Shown here one piece after another: positions 38,672 through 47,761 of a DNA stretch of 64,000 nucleotides (position 1 is its first letter; the number at the start of each line of letters is the position of its first letter). The stretch spans positions 1 to 64,000 of the forward strand of contig CAYMEV010000003.1 of NCBI GenBank assembly GCA_964389675.1, read 5' to 3'. The translations under genes and the position numbers were made by a program. Below the pieces are notes generated by a model. It did no database searches, was not told the DNA's origin, and worked only from the letters and a program-made list of their open reading frames with translations. Source of the DNA: an uncultured Candidatus Sumerlaeota bacterium (GTDB lineage: Bacteria > CAYMEV01).

Positions 38672-39580
38672 TTATACCGGTATCCTGAAAGAAACAGGGG
38701 ACAGATACTCTCCGGGAGGTGAATCGTGGAAAAGCAGTCCGCCTTCCTCGTTCATTCCGCATAATATGCCTTCCCTTAGAAGAAGCGGCTGTTTCTGATC
38801 CTTATAGAGCTTTATATGCCTGTTAAGATTATATAAATGACTGTTAAAATACTCAAAATCTTCCCTTAGCATGCAAATATCGGATTCAAGGCAATTCAGC
38901 TTTTCCGCTGTTAATGACACTATGCTGAAAAGGATTGATGAAAGCTTATATGTTTTTGATGTTATATTTGATACAGAGTCAACTCCTGCAACAAAATCTG
39001 AAAGGTCCCGGACAGAGGGCAGGACATTTATGTTCAGGCCTATGCCGAAAACAGCTGCTTTTATTTCACTCCCGCAGTAGCATTTTTCAATTACCCCGCC
39101 TATCTTTTTTCTGTTAAAAAGAATGTCAGAAGGGAGTTTCAGGTGGACCGGGCTGATTAATCCGTCCAGCGTCTGAGTTATGGAATTGAATATAATTATC
39201 CTTAGATAATTAAGGTATTTTGAATTAAGCGGTATATCGGGTTTTATTAGAAGAGAGAGATGGAGGTTCCCTTTATCTGCTACCCATTTTCTGCCGGACC
39301 ATCCTGAGGCATCAGTGAGGGATTCTGAAAAAAAGGCACTTATCCTGGGCAAAAGGCCAAAAAGATTATTATCTGCAAAATGGCTGATGATATTGAGGTT
39401 GGATGTGTTCTCCTTCTTATATGCAAGAAGTATCTTCCTGTCTGGTATGCCGTTTAATAAAGCTGTTTTGTCAAGATCAAAAATCTTTAGGTTTTCTGTA
39501 AGCGGATCATTTTTAGCAAGGCAGGTTATATTAAAATCAAATAGTGTCTTATCAGGCAGTTCATCATAAATGAATATCAT
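38672..39580 (-). CDS. Divergent biotin-protein ligase (BPL/BirA catalytic domain, no HTH)
   Basis: GRKWVADKGNLHLSLL, LKLPSDILFNRKKIGGV, GIGLNIN, GMNEEGGLL; ATGA overlap with the carboxylase stop gives start 39580. Confidence 0.8.
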   Translation of the reverse strand: MIFIYDELPDKTLFDFNITCLAKNDPLTENLKIFDLDKTALLNGIPDRKILLAYKKENTSNLNIISHFADNNLFGLLPRISAFFSESLTDASGWSGRKWVADKGNLHLSLLIKPDIPLNSKYLNYLRIIIFNSITQTLDGLISPVHLKLPSDILFNRKKIGGVIEKCYCGSEIKAAVFGIGLNINVLPSVRDLSDFVAGVDSVSNITSKTYKLSSILFSIVSLTAEKLNCLESDICMLREDFEYFNSHLYNLNRHIKLYKDQKQPLLLREGILCGMNEEGGLLFHDSPPGEYLSPVSFRIPV

Positions 39581-42500
39581 TTTGCTGCCGGTTGAATAAT
39601 TATAATAGCCTGGCCCTTCTCGACCTCGCTGGAATCCTCCACGAGGAACTGCACCACTTTGTATCTGGAGCATGGGTAGACAGGCCTCTCATCATCGCCT
39701 TTCCTGTAGGTAAAAAGTGACAGCTTGATGGGGTAGTACTTCTTCATGCTTTCCAGAAGGCAGACCGTTGTTTTTGAATCGATTATGTCACCTATGTCTA
39801 TAAATGGATTTGCTGCAGGATTTGGCGATCTGTAGTATACACCGTCAGTATTTGCCAATATCTTTACCATATCTGAATCAGGGACATTAATATTATCAGA
39901 TGAAAAAATGCTCTGTGCATCATGCATTGTACTTTCAGCATCTTCATCGAAGAGCTCGGATATATCCTCATTTTCAAAAAATTCCTTTAAGAAGGATGTA
40001 GAGTATATCCCCGACTGGAATTTTTTATCCTTTAATATGAGTTTCTGGAGGGGTATATTGGTAGGAATGCCCTTTATAACGGTCCTGTTAAGTACATCAG
40101 TCATTCTGGCTATGCCCTCATCCCGGTCAGGAGCCCATATAAGTATTTTTGCTATCATTGAGTCATAATAGGGGGATATCCTGCATCCAGGATAGATATA
40201 GGTATCCACTCTAAGCCACTCCTCCTCGGGAAACTGAACATCCTCCACTATGCCTGTCCTGGGTATGGTATCTCCAGTTTTGCTTATGCTCTCAGCATTG
40301 ACCCTTACCTCCATTGCATAACCGTCCAGTTTTATATCATCCTGAGAGACAGGCAGAGGAATACCCTGGGCTATATTAATCTGATGTGAAATAATATCCT
40401 GGCCGGTTACCAGCTCTGATACACCATATTCAACCTGAAGCCTTGTATTCATCTCCATGAAATAGATTTCCCCTGTTTTCAGGTCCATTATAAATTCAAC
40501 AGTTCCTGCACTGAAGTATCTTGAAGCATGAACGGCCTTTTCGGCATATTCAAATACCCTTCTGCGAAGCTCTTCTGAAAGAACTGGCGACGGAGATTCC
40601 TCTATAAGCTTCTGATGGTTCCTCTGAACGGTGCAGTCCCTTTCCCCCAGGATTATTATATTTCCATCCATGTCTGAGACTATCTGAACCTCTATATGCC
40701 TGGACTCGGTTATAAGTTTTTCAATATATATGTCCCCTGTCCCGAATGAGGATTTTGCTTCCTGAAAGGCTTCACTAAAGGATGCTTCCATTTCATCCTC
40801 TGAAAATACCATTCTCATTCCTCTGCCGCCGCCACCATATGCTGCTTTAAGCATTACAGGGTAGCCTATATCTGATGCTGTTTCCTTTGCAGATTCCGGG
40901 TCATTGACCGTGCCGTCGCTGCCGGGAACAACAGGTATGCCGCTTCCGGCCATTATTTCCCTTGCTTTTGCCTTATCACCCATCAGCCTTATTGACTCGG
41001 GGGATGGCCCTATAAATACTATCTGGTTGTCATGGCAGAGTGAGGCAAACTCATAGTTTTCCGCCAGAAAGCCTATTCCCGGGTGTATGGCCTCTGCACC
41101 GAATGTCTTTGCTGCCTGAATGATATTATTCTTTTTAAGATAGCTTTGAGATACCGGTCCGGGCCCCAGCTCCACAGTATGTCCATATATGCTTGCCTGG
41201 GTATAGGCAAGTGAGAATCTGTCAGAGCGTGAATGCCCAAGTATAGGTGTAATCCCTTTTCTTCTCAGCTTCCTTATAAGGGTTATAGCAACATCTCCGC
41301 GGTTCGGGATCATAACTTTGGTGAAATGCTGTTTTTTTATGCTTTTTGCAGGTACCTGCGCCGTTATGGGTTTTTCATCAAGTTTTTTCAGCTGTTTTAT
41401 AAGAAGCTTTGATATTACATCAGTTATACTTAATGCAGGTATTTTTAGATCAGGGTCACCAAGTTTTATAAATTCAGAATCAAGAAAAGTATCAAACGGG
41501 TTTTTTACAAGCCCGCTCATAGCACCGGGTTTTGCAACAAGGTAATTGGAAAGCCTGCATGGATAGGGCAGAGGTTCCGGGACAACCCTTGCTCCGGCGA
41601 AAGGAAGCTCCGTGCCGGAAAGGTAGAAGCTGAATATGGATGGATGGGTTACAAATGATGCCTGGGCTCCACCGGTACAATCCCTGAAAGCAAAACAGAT
41701 GACAGGAAGGCTTGAATATTCTGTAAACTTATTAATGGAATCATTCGCAATGCTCATGGTATAAAGAGAGCCAGTCCCTTCTTTTGTCTGCATTCCGCCT
41801 GAGGAAATAAACATGATTACCGGCAGGCCCTTTTGTCCAAAAAGAGAGAATGCACGGGCAAATTTTTCACCTGATGCCATATCGGTGCTTCCTGCCTGGA
41901 ATTCATTATTTGATATGATCAGGCCTACCTGTATACCCTTGCCGTCAGAGTCCTTGAAATATGCTGTTCCTGTTACCAGGGCATTGTGATACCTGCTTTT
42001 CAGGCCTTTCTTTATGCTTTTTGAAAATTCAGGGAAATCAGTGGGGTTTACTGATACAATATCATTGTCAATTTCAGAAAAACCATGGAAAAATCCAAGA
42101 ATATCATCTACCGAAATATATTTTTTCTCTCTTTTTACCCTCTCGAGTATATTTGATATGATTGCATCCTTATAGGCTCTGTCGAGTTTTATCCAGTAGT
42201 CTTCAGGTATGTTCTGAGGGGTTATTTTAGCCTTATATCGTGTCTGGTACAGACTGGGGACATTTATTGTCAATATTGCCTCAATTACATTGATGAGTTC
42301 GACAGGGACCCTCGGGTAATGCCTTTTCATAGCCTTTAATATGCTGTTTACAGCTTTGCTGTGGCATTTAATGTTCCTGAATATCCATTTTTTGAAATCC
42401 TGAATATCGGTTTTTATGGTGTTTTTTAAAAGGCTTTCTGCATCAGACCTGGGCAATTCATGTTCAAGCTTTATGGATGGTATCAGGGTGTTAATATTAT

Positions 42501-44148
42501 CAAAACAGTACCTGATCGTATTGAAAAGCGAGATCATGTGATTGCTGTGGAGTACGAGCTGTGGATAGATATAAGACATCAGCTCTTCGAGGTTGCCGGG
42601 TTCAGCTCCCCTGGTCTCTATAAATTCTGCAGGGAACTGGAAATTTCGGGAGATATGCCTTATGAAGACCTTAAGGAATTCAGGTGTCCTGCTTTTATGG
42701 GCTGATATGAGAAAAAGTATGAATTCATAAGCTATCTTATGTTTCCTCCTTTTGCTTCTTTTTTCTTTCAGCCTGAATTCAAATACCTGCCTGATAATGT
42801 GGGATCCGAATTCTCTCTTTACGGCTTTTTGAAAATCATCAGGAAGAAAACTGATTTTTATTGAGGAAAGCTTTTCTATATAATCTGAAAACTGTTGTTC
42901 TCCACCCTCTTCTGAGGGTACCTGGATTGAATTTGCATATTTCTCCTGTTCTATAACAGTGTTCTGTTCATTCCAGTATGAGGCTGTAGTGAACTTGAGC
43001 CTCATCCTTAGCCTTGCAGTCCTCTCTATTCTTCTGCAATAATCAACAAAGGACATGGTATTCCCTGATCTTTCATCGTCCCTGCCCTGTGAAATGCTGA
43101 ATATTTTATGAAGCTTTTTTATATTCCTGTCAATCTCCTTATTCAGTATATTTGCAAGATAATGAGGGTAGGTTTCCTTTATCCGGTCAAGCTTTAGAAT
43201 ATCCGGTCTTTTTTTTATGCTGTTTTCAATATCATCAAGGCAATCAAGCACAGCCAGTGCAATGTTATTTGAATTATCTTCATCACTTTCTCCGGATTCA
43301 GTCCCTTTCATCCTTATAATGGCATCGACATAACCATCCATACAGAGCTCATAGCTTGAAATTCTGACAAATTTGGCGCACTGTTCTTTTGTAAATCCCA
43401 GCCTTTGTACAATATCTGCAAGTGCTGCCGGATGGATAGTACTCATGTATGCATCTTCGAAGCACAATATCCTGTCTGTGGTAGCATATGGTATTGCGCC
43501 TCCGCTGTTGCCGGCACCGACTATTATACCTATGGTAGGGATATTTATCCTTGCAAATTCAGCGATACAGGCTGATATAGAATGGCTCTGGAGGTTTTCA
43601 TTTGCTGCAGCTCCTGCATCTGCACCTGGTGTATCCATAAGTGTTATGACCGGCAGTTTCAGCTTCTCAAAAAATCTGAGGTATTCAATTGTCTTATGAT
43701 GGTGATCAGGCTGGAATATTCCCCTTGCTATCTTGTGATTCTGGCCTATTATGCCTGTTTCCCTGTTTCTTCCCCGGTCACTGGAATCAAAAAGGATGCA
43801 GTGGGCCATAAAAAAGGGCCCTGATTCATAAAATGCTATAGTCTTTTTATCCAGTCTTTCATAAATATCCTTTGCTGATAGCCTGTGTTCCAGGCCCGGG
43901 CCTTCAGTAGGAGCTATAAAGGAATTATAGTATTCATAATAATCAAATTCTTCTGCATATTTTACCTGGCTGATTATATCGTTTTTATCTAAACATCCCC
44001 TGTACTCAGGGACAAGCTTTTTCTTACCTGAGAACCTGAGAACATAGCTCCTCAGGCTCTCGATAATCTGTTCTTCAATCAGGAAAAGGGAGGCTATATC
44101 TATATCTCTGTCATAAATATCTATACAATTTGTGAGAATGTTTTTCAT
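39577..44148 (-). CDS. Single-chain biotin-dependent acyl-CoA carboxylase (CT-alpha, CT-beta, biotin carboxylase, BCCP)
   Basis: AccA-like DTPGA/GNSGGA; AccD-like SSGGMQTKEG/TGGAQASF/FAGARV; BC KAAYGGGGRGM, RDCTVQR, EMNTRLQVE; biotinyl ESMK. Confidence 0.9.
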   Translation of the reverse strand: MKNILTNCIDIYDRDIDIASLFLIEEQIIESLRSYVLRFSGKKKLVPEYRGCLDKNDIISQVKYAEEFDYYEYYNSFIAPTEGPGLEHRLSAKDIYERLDKKTIAFYESGPFFMAHCILFDSSDRGRNRETGIIGQNHKIARGIFQPDHHHKTIEYLRFFEKLKLPVITLMDTPGADAGAAANENLQSHSISACIAEFARINIPTIGIIVGAGNSGGAIPYATTDRILCFEDAYMSTIHPAALADIVQRLGFTKEQCAKFVRISSYELCMDGYVDAIIRMKGTESGESDEDNSNNIALAVLDCLDDIENSIKKRPDILKLDRIKETYPHYLANILNKEIDRNIKKLHKIFSISQGRDDERSGNTMSFVDYCRRIERTARLRMRLKFTTASYWNEQNTVIEQEKYANSIQVPSEEGGEQQFSDYIEKLSSIKISFLPDDFQKAVKREFGSHIIRQVFEFRLKEKRSKRRKHKIAYEFILFLISAHKSRTPEFLKVFIRHISRNFQFPAEFIETRGAEPGNLEELMSYIYPQLVLHSNHMISLFNTIRYCFDNINTLIPSIKLEHELPRSDAESLLKNTIKTDIQDFKKWIFRNIKCHSKAVNSILKAMKRHYPRVPVELINVIEAILTINVPSLYQTRYKAKITPQNIPEDYWIKLDRAYKDAIISNILERVKREKKYISVDDILGFFHGFSEIDNDIVSVNPTDFPEFSKSIKKGLKSRYHNALVTGTAYFKDSDGKGIQVGLIISNNEFQAGSTDMASGEKFARAFSLFGQKGLPVIMFISSGGMQTKEGTGSLYTMSIANDSINKFTEYSSLPVICFAFRDCTGGAQASFVTHPSIFSFYLSGTELPFAGARVVPEPLPYPCRLSNYLVAKPGAMSGLVKNPFDTFLDSEFIKLGDPDLKIPALSITDVISKLLIKQLKKLDEKPITAQVPAKSIKKQHFTKVMIPNRGDVAITLIRKLRRKGITPILGHSRSDRFSLAYTQASIYGHTVELGPGPVSQSYLKKNNIIQAAKTFGAEAIHPGIGFLAENYEFASLCHDNQIVFIGPSPESIRLMGDKAKAREIMAGSGIPVVPGSDGTVNDPESAKETASDIGYPVMLKAAYGGGGRGMRMVFSEDEMEASFSEAFQEAKSSFGTGDIYIEKLITESRHIEVQIVSDMDGNIIILGERDCTVQRNHQKLIEESPSPVLSEELRRRVFEYAEKAVHASRYFSAGTVEFIMDLKTGEIYFMEMNTRLQVEYGVSELVTGQDIISHQINIAQGIPLPVSQDDIKLDGYAMEVRVNAESISKTGDTIPRTGIVEDVQFPEEEWLRVDTYIYPGCRISPYYDSMIAKILIWAPDRDEGIARMTDVLNRTVIKGIPTNIPLQKLILKDKKFQSGIYSTSFLKEFFENEDISELFDEDAESTMHDAQSIFSSDNINVPDSDMVKILANTDGVYYRSPNPAANPFIDIGDIIDSKTTVCLLESMKKYYPIKLSLFTYRKGDDERPVYPCSRYKVVQFLVEDSSEVEKGQAIIIIQPAAK

Positions 44149-44198
44149 AATAGACCTTCACTTCTTTTTATATTGGAAAGAATGCTGTAAAATCCATA

Positions 44199-44227
44199 AT
44201 TCTAAGGATTATAGCATGCCAAGTCAA
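44199..44227 (-). promoter_or_regulatory. Putative sigma70 promoter of the carboxylase-BPL operon
   Basis: TTGACT, 17 nt, TAGAAT on the minus strand. Confidence 0.55.
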
Positions 44228-44369
44228 TAAATAATTTGCTGTGCCCTCAACTGCATGATATATTTAAGGCCGGTTCAAAAGAATAATCCCTGTCTGTTAG
44301 AATTTTCTTCCTTTATTTTTATTTTTTTGTATAATTTTCATTCAAAATAATATAGCAGGAGATTTTTGC

Positions 44370-44813
44370 ATGAAAGTTATTCTAAAGAAAAATTTTGAAA
44401 GTTTAGGCCAGGCAGGAGATATTGTTAATGTTAAAGACGGTTATTTCAGAAATTACCTCCAGCCCCGTTCAATAGCTGTTCCCTATAGTACTGGTGCTGC
44501 AAAGCAGATAGAGGTCCTTAAAGCAAGAGCAAAAAAGTTTGCTGATGATAAAAAAGAAAAATTAATGTACCTGAAAGACCAGATAGAAAAGCTGGAGATA
44601 ATATTCGAGAGGAAAACATCTGAAGCAGGCAAGCTGTTCGGGTCCATTACATCTGGTGATATTCATAAGGAACTTGCTGAAAAAGGTATTGAGATCGAGA
44701 AAAAGGCTGTCAGGCTTGAGGATCATATTAAGCTTTTAGGAGAATATAAAATTGATGTGGAATTATCAAAGGATATAACAGCAGGGCTCAGGGTAGAAGT
44801 AAGAGAAGAATAG
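44370..44813 (+). CDS. rplI: 50S ribosomal protein L9
   Basis: MKVILK, LGQAGDIVNVKDGYFRNYL, GKLFGSIT. Confidence 0.97.
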   Translation: MKVILKKNFESLGQAGDIVNVKDGYFRNYLQPRSIAVPYSTGAAKQIEVLKARAKKFADDKKEKLMYLKDQIEKLEIIFERKTSEAGKLFGSITSGDIHKELAEKGIEIEKKAVRLEDHIKLLGEYKIDVELSKDITAGLRVEVREE

Positions 44814-44820
44814 TATTTTT

Positions 44821-46197
44821 ATGGATAATATTGAAGTTCCCCAATCCTATGAAGCGGAGTGTTATCTTTTAGGGGCTATCCTAATGGATAATCAGAGCTA
44901 CTATGAGATTGCAAAGGATATAACAAAGGACGATTTCTTTGACAGCAGCAATGCTCTTATTTATGAAGCCCTGGGCGTGCTCATAAAGAAGCACGAATCT
45001 GTTGATGTATTCAGCCTGGCAAATTACCTGAAAGAACACAAGCTTCTTGAACGCGTAGGTGATATGACGCATATCTCATCACTGATAGATTATGTGGACA
45101 GCCTTGAAGCAATGCATAACAGGATTGGACTTGTCAAAAATAAAAGCATGAGAAGGCAGCTGATCAGTTTTTCCCAGGTGATCAGAGAGTATGCTTCTGA
45201 TGAGACTTTTGAGGTTGATGATACCTTATCCTCAATCCAGAATAAACTGCTGGATCTTTCAACCAGGAAAAAATCCAGTGACCTTGTCCACATTAAGCAC
45301 AGAATAGAAGATGTCTATAAAAAGATACATGCCCTGTCCAGAAATGAGATACAATCAACTGGAATATCCACCGGTTACAAGGATATTGACCATAAAACGC
45401 AGGGACTGCACAGGCAGACCCTCAATATAATTGGAGCCAGGCCATCAATGGGAAAAACCGCTTTAGGCCTTAATATTGCCCACCACATAGCAGTCAGGGA
45501 GAAGCTTCCTGTCGCGTTCTTCTCACTTGAGATGAGCATTGAGGAGATCATCCTGCGCCTGCTTTCAAGCGAAAGCGAGATTGAACTCTCATGGCTTAAG
45601 GGCGGGATATTCCTGAAGGAAAAATGGAAGGAGATTGGCAAAGCAGTCCTGGAGCTTTCAAATGCTGATATATATATTGATGATTCGCCTGTCCTGACGC
45701 CTGTAGATGTCTATTCAAAACTCCACAAACTTATCAATCTGCCAAGTGCAAAGGGGCAGAGGAATGACATTAAGGTTGTTTTCATTGATTATCTCCAGCT
45801 AATGTCAGGCGACAGGGGGAAAAGATTCGAGTCAAAAAATATTGAGATTACTGAGATAAGCCGTACCTTAAAGGCCATATCAAAAGAATTTGATGTCGCT
45901 GTTGTTGCATTAAGCCAGCTTTCAAGAGCATCAGAAAAGAGGAAAGGCAAAGATATCAAGCCGAAATTGAGTGATCTCAGGGAATCAGGTGCAATAGAAC
46001 AGGATGCTGACCTTGTAATGTTCATACACAGGCCTCAGTATTATGACAGGGACAATGAATCGCTTACAGGGCTTGCGGAGATCATAATAGCCAAACAGAG
46101 AAACGGGCCTTTGGGGATGGTCCCACTCACATTTATAGATAAATTTACAAAGTTTTACAATAAGGCTCCAGAAGGATATTCCGAGGTAGAAGAATGA
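44821..46197 (+). CDS. dnaB: Replicative DNA helicase
   Basis: GARPSMGKT, FFSLEM, IDYLQLM, LSQLSR, SDLRESGAIEQDAD, AKQRNGP. Confidence 0.97.
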   Translation: MDNIEVPQSYEAECYLLGAILMDNQSYYEIAKDITKDDFFDSSNALIYEALGVLIKKHESVDVFSLANYLKEHKLLERVGDMTHISSLIDYVDSLEAMHNRIGLVKNKSMRRQLISFSQVIREYASDETFEVDDTLSSIQNKLLDLSTRKKSSDLVHIKHRIEDVYKKIHALSRNEIQSTGISTGYKDIDHKTQGLHRQTLNIIGARPSMGKTALGLNIAHHIAVREKLPVAFFSLEMSIEEIILRLLSSESEIELSWLKGGIFLKEKWKEIGKAVLELSNADIYIDDSPVLTPVDVYSKLHKLINLPSAKGQRNDIKVVFIDYLQLMSGDRGKRFESKNIEITEISRTLKAISKEFDVAVVALSQLSRASEKRKGKDIKPKLSDLRESGAIEQDADLVMFIHRPQYYDRDNESLTGLAEIIIAKQRNGPLGMVPLTFIDKFTKFYNKAPEGYSEVEE

Positions 46198-46967
46198 TCA
46201 ATGCCATATTTTCAGTGATAGGAAAAAAAACAATCCATTTTTCCGAAGAGATAGGGATATATATCTCACTGATCAAAAAGACTGTGCTTTCTCTGCGGAA
46301 GATACCGGGTGAACTGCATAATATATTTCTGCAGATGGAGGAAATTGGCTTTAATTCACTCCCTGTTGTTGCAATCACCGGCATTTTTACCGGTATGGTC
46401 CTGGCTCTGCAGACCTATTACGGTTTTGCCAGGTTCAATGCTGAATCATTTGTCGGTCCGGTTGTTGCACTATCAATGTGCAGGGAGCTTGGTCCGGTAC
46501 TTACTGCCTTTGTGGTATCCGGGAGAGCCGGCAGTGCTATGGCGGCTGAACTTGGGACCATGAGGGTTACTGAGCAGATTGATGCATTATATACTCTGTC
46601 CACGGATCCCGTGGATTTTCTGATACTCCCCAGGTTTTTGTCAGGGGTGTTCATGCTGCCGTGTCTTACCGTCATTTCCGATTTGATAGGCATACTAGGA
46701 GGTTATTATGTTGCTGTCAACCTTTTTGGGGAAAACAGCGTAATGTATATGGAGGCTACCTTCAAATACCTTCTTATGGGCGATGTTATAAAGGGACTGG
46801 TAAAAGCGCTTGTATTCGGAGGAATCATTGCAATTGTCAGCTGCAAGGAGGGGTTCTTTGCAAGCGGGGGGGCCGAGGGCGTAGGCAAAGCCACTACAAA
46901 GAGCGTTGTTATAAGTTATATGGCTATATTGATTGCAGACTATTTCCTGACAAGCCTTATGTTTTAA
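46194..46967 (+). CDS. mlaE: MlaE family ABC permease
   Basis: RELGPVLTA, AAELGTMRVTEQIDAL, GAEGVGKATT. Confidence 0.93.
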   Translation: MINAIFSVIGKKTIHFSEEIGIYISLIKKTVLSLRKIPGELHNIFLQMEEIGFNSLPVVAITGIFTGMVLALQTYYGFARFNAESFVGPVVALSMCRELGPVLTAFVVSGRAGSAMAAELGTMRVTEQIDALYTLSTDPVDFLILPRFLSGVFMLPCLTVISDLIGILGGYYVAVNLFGENSVMYMEATFKYLLMGDVIKGLVKALVFGGIIAIVSCKEGFFASGGAEGVGKATTKSVVISYMAILIADYFLTSLMF

Positions 46968-46977
46968 GTGTGCAGAA

Positions 46978-47739
46978 ATGAACAATAATACTATTATAAA
47001 GGTTGAAAATTTATACAAGTCATTTGGAAAGAATGATGTACTGTGCGGACTGGATCTCGAGATAAAAAGGGGGGAAAGTACTGTAATCCTGGGTGGTTCA
47101 GGGACAGGAAAGAGCGTTCTGATCAAGAATATTATCGGGTTGATCAAGCCGGATGGGGGAAAGATCTTCCTGTTCGGTGAGGACAGTGAACATTTCAGTA
47201 ATTCTGACTGGAAAAGGATGCGAAAGCATTTTGGGATGCTGTTTCAGGGTGCAGCCCTTTTTGATTCCATGAATGTTGAAGAAAATGTCGGGTTTGGGCT
47301 GAAAAGACAGGGCAGGTTATCGCAATCGAAGATAAGGGAAAGGGTTCTGGAGTGCCTTAAGCTTGTAGGGCTTAAAGAGGAGATCGTAAAAATGTCGCCC
47401 TCTGAGCTTTCCGGGGGCATGAAAAAGAGGGTAGGCCTTGCACGGGCAATAGCATTCAGCCCTGATATCCTTTTATATGATGAACCGACCACAGGTTTGG
47501 ACCCGATAATGAGCGACATGATCAACAAGCTTATTGTTGACCTTACAAATAAACTGCATGTTACATCCATAGCAATAACACATGATCTTAAAAGCGCATA
47601 TACAATCGGAAACAGGATCGCAATGCTTTATAAAGGGAAGATCGTGGAAATAGGGACACCGGATGAGATCAAAAATACCGGGAATCCTATAGTATATCAA
47701 TTTATTAACGGCCTGTCCGAGGGGCCGTACGAGGTTTAA
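46978..47739 (+). CDS. mlaF: MlaF family ABC ATPase
   Basis: GGSGTGKS, LFQGAALFDSM, LSGGMKKRV, YDEPTTGLDP. Confidence 0.93.
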   Translation: MNNNTIIKVENLYKSFGKNDVLCGLDLEIKRGESTVILGGSGTGKSVLIKNIIGLIKPDGGKIFLFGEDSEHFSNSDWKRMRKHFGMLFQGAALFDSMNVEENVGFGLKRQGRLSQSKIRERVLECLKLVGLKEEIVKMSPSELSGGMKKRVGLARAIAFSPDILLYDEPTTGLDPIMSDMINKLIVDLTNKLHVTSIAITHDLKSAYTIGNRIAMLYKGKIVEIGTPDEIKNTGNPIVYQFINGLSEGPYEV

Positions 47740-47761
47740 TGAATATTCAGGAGGGCTTACA

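Noticed and set aside
39581-39673. Longer N-terminus for the biotin ligase (track start 39673)
   Set aside because: It overlaps the carboxylase by about 97 nt; ATG 39580 in an ATGA overlap is more plausible. Upstream extensions in the track at 7696, 13760, 53771 and 61280 were trimmed for similar reasons.
44821-46197. Intein in DnaB
   Set aside because: Normal length (458 aa), only a short loop insertion, no splice motifs.
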